Assembly (NCBI GenBank): GCA_021772615.1
Contig: JAJFLQ010000160.1
Span: 207 to 64,206, forward strand
From: Verrucomicrobiota bacterium
GTDB lineage: Bacteria; Verrucomicrobiota; Lentisphaeria; JABSQK01; JAJFLO01
DNA: 64,000 nt
Direction: 5' to 3'
Each line of letters opens with the position of its first letter. Position 1 is the first letter of the stretch. The notes beneath the pieces are model-generated. The model did not search any database, was not told the DNA's origin, and was given only the letters and a program-made list of their open reading frames with translations. Positions 18,484-28,800 of the stretch are shown here, one piece after another. The position numbers and the translations under genes were made by a program.

Positions 18484-18745
18484 CTGTTCGGTTACCCGGC
18501 GATCCGTTGGAGCTTAAAATGTAGCTATTCCAGCGCCTCACCAACGCAGGCGAACACAGCCCCGTACGCCGGCTATTGTATGATCGCTTTCTGGAGATAT
18601 CATGGAAAAATCCCCCGTTTACCTCAACAAATTGCGGCACAATATGACTTGATGGTGCGGAAATCGTCGCGGTACCAGGAATGAGCGAAGAAGAGGGCGG
18701 GACGGGAAAAAGCCGTATTTTCTTACCCAGAGGAAAGACCACAAC

Positions 18746-19768
18746 GTGGCGCTACGACTGATGCAAATCTATATCCCTTCCGACACCGGGTCGGAAGTGA
18801 ACCAAATTCTTGACGGCTACGATATCATTGGCCGATGGCGCGACGCCGGCGATGAAGATCGCCTGGTACTGCACGTTCTTGTGCCCGCCGACAAGACCGA
18901 GCCGATCATGGATAAACTGGAAACCCGCTGCACCAAGGTCGACGGATTTCGGGTTGTCCTGTTTCCGATAGAAGCGACACTTCCGCGTCCTGATGTCAAC
19001 GTGGAAGGTGACGGACCTGAAACGGCTGTAGCGGGAAACAGACCGATTTCTGTCAATGACGCGGATCGAGTGAGCCGCGAAGAACTATACAGCGACGTTA
19101 TGGAGACACTCGGTGTTTCCCGCGTCTATATTGCCATGATCGTACTCTCGTCGATTGTTGCCGCTTTCGGCCTGATGCGAAACGACGTCGCAGTGATCAT
19201 CGGCGCCATGGTGATCGCTCCACTGCTCGGCCCGAACGTAGCCATGTCGCTGTCTGCAACACTCGGCGATGTAAAATTATTCCGCCATGCACTGCTCACC
19301 AATATTACGGGGATTGCGCTGGCATTTGTATTGTCGTTTGCCGCCGGGATTGTCTTCACCATAGATCCCACGAATCCCGCGATTGCCGCACGTACGCGTT
19401 GCGGTATTGGCGACCTGGCCCTCGCGCTCGCTGCGGGCTCTGCCGGCACATTCGCATTTACGCGCGGCATGGCCGGGGCCGTAATTGGCGTGATGGTTGC
19501 CGTGGCACTGATGCCGCCACTGGTTACGTTCGGGATGCTGCTCGGCGCTGGCCAGGTTGCTCCGGCGTTGGGCGCCTTTATACTGCTGGTAACAAACGTC
19601 GTATGCGTCAATCTCGCGGGAGTGGCGACATTCCTTGCTCAAGGCGTCCGCCCGCGGGGGTGGCGCGAGGAAGACCGTGCCCGGCGCGCCAGCCGGATAG
19701 CCATCGCTGTCTGGATGCTTCTATTGCTGGCGCTGGCAGCCAGTATTTATATCATGCCGACGGATTAA
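18746..19768 (+). CDS. DUF389/TIGR00341 family membrane protein
   Basis: The N-terminal soluble domain starts 'MALRLMQIYIPSD...'. The C-terminal polytopic hydrophobic domain shows repeated GxxxG/Ala-rich helices typical of the 'uncharacterised hydrophobic domain'. Confidence 0.6.
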   Translation: MALRLMQIYIPSDTGSEVNQILDGYDIIGRWRDAGDEDRLVLHVLVPADKTEPIMDKLETRCTKVDGFRVVLFPIEATLPRPDVNVEGDGPETAVAGNRPISVNDADRVSREELYSDVMETLGVSRVYIAMIVLSSIVAAFGLMRNDVAVIIGAMVIAPLLGPNVAMSLSATLGDVKLFRHALLTNITGIALAFVLSFAAGIVFTIDPTNPAIAARTRCGIGDLALALAAGSAGTFAFTRGMAGAVIGVMVAVALMPPLVTFGMLLGAGQVAPALGAFILLVTNVVCVNLAGVATFLAQGVRPRGWREEDRARRASRIAIAVWMLLLLALAASIYIMPTD

Positions 19769-19800
19769 CGTGAGCAGCGCGCACCACGGCGATTCGCACC

Positions 19801-22800
19801 TCATCCCCTGGGACCGCCGCAGTCCATGATCTTCTGCTGATACTTCTTCTCGCCACCAATCAATTTGTTCAACAAGGACCACCCCGCGCCGAAGGCGGCA
19901 TCATCAGGGATTTCGTATTCCGTTTCCTTGAAATCTGCCTCACCGTTTTTCAAGATGGACAATCGCTCGACTAACTCATTTAAGATTTTATTCGCGTTGT
20001 CCAATTTTCTCATACCCTTACCCTCATTGTCCTCGAATCTCTGCGGAAAAAGTGACTTGAAAAAGTCTGCGCGCGCGGTCGATCGCGAGAGCGGCGAATC
20101 CTGTCGCTTGGTTGCCTCCCGCTCTGCCTGCCTGAAGCCTTCGAGCGCCTCCTGGACTTGTTCGGCATTCATGTCGGCGGGTTCCAGCGGCTGAGTGGGT
20201 GTCTGCACAACCTCTTCGGGCGGCGGCGGCTCATCCTCATCGGGCACAAGACGGATTTGGAAGCCGGCGGCGCCGCCGGGCAGTGGTTCGTACACCACGC
20301 TATCCGTGCCCGTCGGATCGCTGAGACGAATCGGCTCATTACCGACATAACGGTAGAGATTGGCATCGCCCCCCGCGAACCGGATCGGATCCTCGGTGGT
20401 GAAACGGCCGGTCGATGGATCAAAGTATCGCGCTTTTAGATCGTACCAACCGAGGACGGCATCGTACTCCCGTGCGTTGAACAAAAACCGTGTTGTCCGC
20501 CTGGGGTCGGATTCGCTGACCAGACGTCCGAATGCATCATAACAAATATGATTGAGAATTTGACCGGATGCATCCGCCAGATCCCGCGTGGAGCCCAGGT
20601 GGTCCGACAGATGCCAGAGGACGTCTCCGCCGGTGTCAGTCGCGAGAATACTGTCCACCGTGATGCCGAAGAAGTTGCGTGTCCTCAACGTTGCCACATC
20701 GGAGAATTCGAGCCGCGGCACGCCGTTGGCGTAGATGAAGTGCGTCGTAGTCACCCCCGATTCGTCCGTGTGCGTTCGCCGGATCCGGCGGTCGAATCCG
20801 TCATAGATGAATCCCGTGCGCTGCGTGTCCGCGCCGCCGTTATGGGAATCGACAACCTCGACAAGACGATCCCTGTGGTCATAGACAAATGTCCTTGTGG
20901 TGTTGTCCGCGATAGTCGTACGACTGATCAAACGGCCGTCCGCATCGTGTGTATAGTTGAACGCCCCGTCGGTATCAAGCCGGTTTTGGACGCCGACAGC
21001 GTAGCCGCTGGCGTGCAGGTAGGAACTGGTGCGATTGCCGTTGGCGTCGTACGTATACGTTTCCTGCGGCTTTTGGGAGCTGGTGTGTACCGCGTCAACA
21101 ATCTGACCGCGTGCGTCGTACGTAAACGCGCTGACGCCGTCAATATCGCTAATTTGGGAAATTCGGTCATCAGCGGAGAAAACATAATCATAAGACGCAG
21201 TCTGCTGCCCGGCGCCGTCGGTATGGGTAATCGAAACCAGGCGTCCGAGTTGATCGCGCGCATAATCACTCTGTGCCGCGGCCGTGGCGCCGGCTGCGTC
21301 GGCAAAGCGGGCCAACGATTGGATGCGATCTTGCACGTCATAGACGAAGTCGACGCGTTTGGGAGTAAACCCGCCGGTTTCGATCGTGCCGGCGATGCGA
21401 TTCGCATCGTCGTATGTGAACGTCTGAACGGCGCCGGGTTGACCATTGATCGTTTCTGTAATCGCGGTCAGGTTGCCGGCATCATCGTATGTGTAGGCGA
21501 TCTGCACCTGGGGTGCGCCAGGGCTACCGGCATTGGTTTCGTTAATGACGCGATTGCGCGCGTCATAGGTGATCGTGACCGTAGAGTCGTTGTCTGTCAG
21601 CGCGGTGACGTTGCCGAATGTATCGTAGGAATAATGCAACACGTTGACTTCCGTCTCATTCTCGCCCAGCCACGTCTCTTTTGTCCGGCGATTCAATGTG
21701 TCGTACTCGTAGCGCGTTACACGCCCGGTACGGTCCGTCACCGAAGCGAGGTTTCCGAGTACGTTGTAGATGCGCCTGATTTCGGCGCCGCTATGATCAC
21801 GCTCGACGATCACCTTGTTGCGCGGATTGGTGGTAAACTCGGACCTGTTTCCAAGTGGATCCGTGATCGCACTCACATCGCCGTTGGCGTGATAAGTGAA
21901 CGACGTGACGGCGCCGTTCTCGTCGGTCACCATCTTAAGTTGACTGCGTGCGTCGTATTCCAGCTCAATCGATTTCGCCTCAACCGACGTCCGCGACAGG
22001 CGATTGTCATTCGCGTCGTAGCCGTAGAACGTTGTGTTGCCCGCATCATCCGTCGTCTCCACGAGCCGATCCCTCGAATCGTAGCGGAAGGACATGGTTG
22101 TACCATCGGCGGCAACGCTCGAAACGACATTGCCGCCCGCGTCATAAGCCATTTCGCGTACCGGCGCCGCCGCCGCGCCTCCGGGACTCGGGCTGGTCAC
22201 CCGCGTCACGCGATTCATCGCGTCATACTCGAATTCAGTCCGATTCCCGAGTTCATCGACCATTCCTGTTACTCTTCCGGCCGTGTCGTACTCATACAAT
22301 CGTTCTGCCTCATCCGCCGTGGCTTCGGCGAGGATCTCCTTTGTCAGGCGGCCGAACGCATCGTAGACATTGCGCGTTACCCGTCCCAGGGCGTCGGTTT
22401 CGGTTTCGAGTTGCCCTTGCCCGGTATACGTCCAACGCGTTATCACATCGTCCGTTTCAGCGCTCTCCGAATCCGGCATGCCGACTACTCGAATGTACGA
22501 CAGTGTATCGCCGTTGGCGGGATCGATTTCGAAGCGCGTGAGGTTTCCGGCTTCATCCACGATGGAGGAAAGCTGGTTGAACGCGGGGTCCCAGGTGAAT
22601 GTGCGGCCCAAAAGCGGCGCTTCATCTTCCACCGCGATCTGCGGCGCGGCAGCTTCTCCGGAAGCGGGACGTATCGCCATGGACAACGTTTCTGCGGAGT
22701 TCGCCAAGGTAGAGGCCTGCACTGCCCCCTCCGCCTTCTCCGTCCCTTCCTGCCGCAAATGATCACCAGGATGCGCGAAGCCGATAACCGAATCGCGGCC

Positions 22801-25800
22801 ATCCTGCGGATATCGCTTGAGCCGCAGGCTCTCTGGCGTGCGGCGGCTTGACGCCGCTTTAACATCCTCCGGAGGAGGACGCATCGGTCCGCTCTGTTTC
22901 AAAGCGGCGCCAAGCCGACGCACGCCAAAGCGCTTCGCGCAAGGCATGGCCGACGGACTCATGCCAAGCATCTTAAAGGCGTCCGCCGTTCCGGGCTTCG
23001 ACGCATCTGAAACCACCACGGCAGTCGCTCCAGCGCCGGTCGCCGAGACCGCGGTGAACGTCAGGTCCTGGTCGTTGTACGCCGGCTGTAGTTCGAGGCC
23101 GCTGCCGATGTCCGTGCCCGTAATCGCAGTAAAGACGCCAGCCACGGCATTCCAGGTCATCACTTCGTAACCGTCGTTTTCGTTGACAACCAGACCGTCG
23201 GCGAGCGTCAACTCCAGCGTACCATCCAGGGAGGCTGTGCCACCGACCGTGCAACGACCGATATCCTGAATGTTCGTGCCGCCGATAGTCACGCCTATCA
23301 AACCGGCAGCCGTCTGGAACATGACGCCGGTCACGTTCAGTACATGGCCCGGTCCGACGGTGACGGCGGCGCTGTTCGTCAGGCCGCTACAGTCAAGGCT
23401 GTATTCACTCAGATCGATAGCCCCACGATTGTCGATGGTGGCGCTGATCGATCGGCTGCCGCCCAAAGCGGCCAGCGAATGGATAGCGCCGTCAACCTCG
23501 TTAACGAAAGCACTGCCTGAGACGATCAATTGCGGATTGCCGTTACCACTGAATGCTGCCAGTTCAACGGAGCCGTGATTGGTCACGGGGCCACCGACCG
23601 TCAGTTGGGCGGTATCACTTCTGCCGGCCTCGATTCGAAGCACCGCCACGCTTCCGCCAACCTGACCGTTGATCATGGATCCGGTGACCGCGGCGTTGAA
23701 TGTAGCGGCGGCGCTAAACGTGTCGCCAGCCCGATAGATGAAGCTACCCAGATTAACGACGTCGCCGTCGATGGTGGAAGCGCCGAGCATCTGTAGACTT
23801 GCATTGATGGTGAGCGTATCAACCGTAAGCGCCGCCGCATTGACGGTGCTTGCGCCGTTGAGCGCCAGGTCGGCGAACTGGGCCAGACAACGATCGAAGG
23901 TGACGTTGCCGTCCCCGTCGAGCATTCCCGTTTCCGTCTGCTCGTAGAAGCCTTCTTCGATTTCCATGGCGCCGGGCGACGACGTCGTTATCACTCCGCT
24001 ATTGGTGAATCCCGGATCGGCACCGGCATGATCGAGTTTGAACAGCTCGCCCGTGATGGTGATTGTACCGCTGTTGGCGCCGACGTTGTCGACGATATTC
24101 AGCCGCAGCCCTTGCTGGCCGTCGACTGTTCCGCGGTTATCAAATTCGGCAGTGATGCCGCGTGCGCCGCCCCGCGCCGTCGGGATCGTCTGGATGATGC
24201 CGTCCGCTTCGTTCACCAGCGGACCTCCCAGGACGCTGATCCAACTGACGCCGGGCTCCAACGTACTGTGCTGCGTGAGTTCAATGCGGTCATGGTTCGT
24301 CAGTGTCCCGGAGATGCGCAGATCGGCGGTATCATTGCGCTCGGCGCTCACACGCAACACCGCATCCGAATCCCCGCCTTCTGCGCCGTTGACAAACGAC
24401 CCGTTGACCAATGCCGTAAATGTTGTGGCGAAACTGGAACCGTCACCGTCCCGGTAGGAGAACGTGCCAAGATTCACGACATCGGCATTGACAGTGCAGC
24501 TACCGCGGAGCAGCAGGCTGCCGTTGATCGTGAAGGTATCGGGCGTGCTGATGGTGGCGGTAATTGCCGTGTAGGTGCTGTCCATTGGAGCGGCAGCGGC
24601 GTAATTCGCGACGCAACGGTCGAACGTGACATTGCCGTCACCGGTAAGAACGCCATTTTGGCTGAACGCGCCTTCCTCGATCTCCATCGCGGCGGGCGCG
24701 ATGACAGTGATTGATCCCGTATTCACAAAGCCCGGATCCGTACCGGCATGATCGATCTTGAATAAACCGCCGGTAACATTGATTGTGCCGCTATTTGTGC
24801 TGACATCGTCGGTGGTCGCGACAACCAAACTCCGGCGGGCGTCGATGTGCCCGCGACTGTCAAGCCGTCCTGCAATACTGCCACTACCGCCGCCCTGGTT
24901 GGATATTGTCCGGATAACACCGTCAATTTCGTTGATCAAAGGGCCGCCGAGGACAGTGATCTTGCCGGCACCAGTTCCGGAAGGGTGAAACTGTGTAAGT
25001 TCCACAAGGCCATGATTGGTCATGGCGCCGGTAACGCGAACGTCCGCCGTGTCGTTTTCACCACCGGACGCCCGCATGACGGCGCCGGATATCGGCGACG
25101 GCTCGCCGTTGACGAAGTCGCCGTCGATCGTAAAAGCGAACGTGGTTGAGGCGCTCAGATCGTCGCCGCCGGTGAACGCAATGAGTCCGAGATTGACCAC
25201 ATCCATAGCGATCGAACCCGCGTCGTCCACGATGATGCTGGCGCGGCTGGTCAAGGTGCCGGGGCCGGAGATGTGACCGTTTTCCAGAATCCAGGAGGTG
25301 CTATACGCCACGTCTGCAGGGAATGTGCCGGTGGCATTGCGGAACCTCACGGTGCCGCCGGCGATCGTCGCACCGGTCTGCTGGATGAAGTCGCCACCGG
25401 AGACGGTAACCGAGAGGCCATCACCGATCTCGATGTTGCCGATGTTGGTAAACGACGGTCCGGGGATTCCTGAGCCGCTCTGCGACACCTGAAAGCTGCT
25501 CTGTTCGAGAATGATCGTGCCGGTATTACGATGCCCGGCGTCTTCCCTGGACAAAATGAGGAACTGTTCGACTTCGATTGTGCCGCGGTTGACCAGTTCC
25601 GCGCTGATGTAGCGTGTGCCGCCGCCGGCGCCGAAAGCGCAGAGGATGTCGCCCTGGGTTTCGTTGATGAGTTGCCCGTCCGCCTGAATATCCGGGCTGC
25701 CGCTCGCCCGATTCGATGTCAGCTCAATCATGCCGGCATTCGTCACCGTCCCGGTGATCGCCAGAACCACCCGATCATTCAGACCGGCGTTGATCTCGAT

Positions 25801-28800
25801 CCGGCCGCCGATGCAGTTGGTGATGCTGCCGTTGACATTGGCGGTTCGCGTCGAGTTCGCGCCAAATGTATCGGTATGGCGCCAGCGGATTAGCCCACTG
25901 TTGACGATGCCGCCGGCGTAGAGCGCACCCTCGCGGAAATCGAGCACGCCGGAGCTGTTGATCGTCAGGCCGCTAGCCACTGTCAGCGAACCGCTGTTCA
26001 GGACAATCGTCTGCGTGCCGACGGCGCCGCCAAGGATGACGGTGCCGACAGTAATATCGGCATTGACCTGAATCGTCCGGGTAACGCCGTCGAGACCGAG
26101 GATCACGGTGTCATTGGATCCGGGGACAATGCCCGCGCTCCAGTTTCCGGGCTCATGCCAGTTGGCGTCGACGGCGCCGGTGAACTGGTTTTCCGGGATC
26201 GCGAGGTCATCCAGTACCCGAATGAGATTGCCGCGCTCGTCGTACTCGAACAGTGTCGTCGTCCCGTCGCCGTCGGCGATGCCGGTAATTCGGTTGTTCG
26301 CGTTACGCGTTACGGTGACGCGCGGGCCCTCGGCATCTTCGGTGTCGGTATTCTGGCCGAATTCATCGAGGGCTGTCTGCTGGATATTGCCATTTGGATC
26401 ACGGTAAATCGCCATCGTTGGTCCTTCGTCGGTGACGACCGGGAGCCGGTCGAGGTTGAGTAGGTCGCCGGTTATTTCCGGTGGGTACAGGCCGCGAACG
26501 GCAGCCGGCCGCACGCTGATGGTCGAACCGTCGCTCAGCGTTGCGCCGGTGACGCGACCCGCGAAGTCATAATACGCACGCTCGTGAAACGACAAGCCCT
26601 CGTCCGCCGCCGACGGCGTATTGCCGCGCCTGGTAATCTCTCCGGTCATATGATGGTCGTCGTCGTATTGGAAAACACGCTGCGAGCCGTCCGGATCCGT
26701 GATCCGCACAAGATCGCCGGCATTGTCATAGTCGAATGCAGTGACACGGCTTGCCGGGTCGGTGATGGCCGTGACCTTGTCGTCGGTGTAAGAAAGCGTC
26801 GTTTGCAGGCCTACGGGATCGGTTATTGTCGTCAGCTGACCATTTCCATTGTATGTGAACATGGTGATGTTGTTGTTGCGGTCGGTTATAGATGCCAGCT
26901 TGTTGTCGGCGTTGAAGGTATAGATGGTCTGATCTCGCAGGGTACGCTGGAAGGTATTATCAGGCATCCGCTCGAGCACGGAGAAGTCGCCAGGCGGCGA
27001 TTGGTAGCCGTCGTCGCTGAGCTTGAAGCGCCATGATGTCTGGCCGCCGCGCAACAACAGCACCGAATCGTCCGGATTCTCAATCACGTGTTCCGCCACA
27101 TTCAGGCTCCAGCCGGCGCCGAATGGACTGCTGATCGTATTGATATGCATGATCTCACCGCGGATACGGGACGTCGTTCCGTCGAATCGGATGACCCGTT
27201 CAACGGCAAATTGGCCATCGGGTTGGCGGACTGACGCCGGACCGTCGGAGTAGCGTCCTCGTCCGGTACTGAATTGATACTGGTAAATACCGGACGGCTG
27301 ACCGCGCAGGTCGGCCTGCATAGCAATATTGACGCTGCCGGCCTGGTAGGCCCAGAAATGATAGCCTGGGCGGATCAAGATCTCGGGCAAATCGAGAGGG
27401 TGTCCCAGATACGGCTGCGGCACCCATATGCCGAAGTCCCCTCGAGTAATGCTCAGCCTTGCTGTGATAACGGCGCCGGGTGTGCCTGCCACCAAATTGC
27501 CGTAGTTGATGTGGAGGATCGGTCGGGCGTCCGCATGCAGTGAGTCGTAGGTGAGGCGCAACTGCCGCGTCTCCCCGAGTGAGAAGTAGGGCACAAGATC
27601 ATGTGTCTCGACGAGCGCGCCGGAATGCAGTATGATATCCGATGTTCCGGGGCCGCCGGCCTGGCAGCTGTTGCACGATTCGTCGCTGCCGTTGTCATCG
27701 CCGCCATCGCTGGCGTCGGCGTCCTCGGTTTGGACGGCGAAATGCCAGCTGCTGTTGCGGATACCGCCGCTGAGCGTCTCGATCACAGAGCCGTCGGCGC
27801 TGACCACCGCGGTGCCGACGTCGTCGAAGTCGCCGGTAAACGGGTTGATCGACCAGATCGTCATCTGCGTGCCGGGCGGATACCCCATCCGATTGGGCAG
27901 CGTGATCGGCGCCGGCGTGGTGAAGACCATTTCGCCGGGCTGGATCGTGACGACCAATGCCGGCAACAGGCCGTCCGGCAGCGCCGCCGGCGTCAACTTC
28001 GGGGGTACTTCAGTAACGCTCAAATTGCCTGTGTACGGTGCGCCGTTCTGTTCGGTCAGCGTGTCGGCAGCAACAAAGACCTCCACCGGCAGTTCGTCTG
28101 GATTCAACGCGACACTGACGGTAACATCCATGCCGGGGACAATGGGGCTGGCATTGGCGATGTCGAGCGCAGGGAGATAGATCGGACGGCCGATAACGTT
28201 GTTGATACCGGGCGTCACAATTCGCCCCAGCAGAAGCTGCAGCTTCTCCGCTACTGTCGGGTAGAAAGCGCCATTAATTGTACCCGGCGCCACGTGGAGC
28301 GTTTCCGCGGCAAACGGGGCGGCTGATCCGTTGTCCAGCTCAAAGCGGCCATTCACGTCAGTCTGCATGGTAACGTGGCCGAGTGAAACGACGACTCCGG
28401 AAAGCGGCTCTTGCAGCACGTTTAACACGTGCCCGGACAAACGCGTAGTCGTTGCCGGATCTGCTTCGATTGTGACGGAAATGGTCTGCCGAATTTCCTG
28501 CGCTCCGTCATCAGCCACCACATCGAAGGTGTAGGCGCCTTCATCACCGGGAAGCGGTTCAAAGATAATACGATCTTCTTGTATGCGGCCGCGTGGCAAG
28601 ACACCATCCGAAGCGATTCGAAATTGGACATTATCACCGTCGGCATCCACGAACGTTAAGGGGATCTCGAGATAGCCGCCCGTGAAAACATTAAACGGTG
28701 TAAATGCGTTGAATTGGGGAGCCGTGTTGGCCGCTCCGGCAAGGATTGTGGGACGAAGAGAGAAACCGAGTAGACCCGGGTTCGCGATTTCCACATGAAT

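Noticed and set aside
19769-19800. Looked for an immunity gene downstream of the RHS C-terminal domain
   Set aside because: Only ~30 nt separate the RHS stop from the convergent DUF389 gene stop. No ORF can fit, so no immunity gene is annotated.
20548-22851. 767-aa ORF on the plus strand
   Set aside because: It lies entirely inside the RHS gene on the opposite strand. Long antisense ORFs of this kind are typical of high-GC coding sequence. Its translation is low-complexity (R/A/G/V-rich) with no motifs. Similar shadow ORFs at 24028-24714, 27601-28326 and elsewhere were rejected for the same reason.
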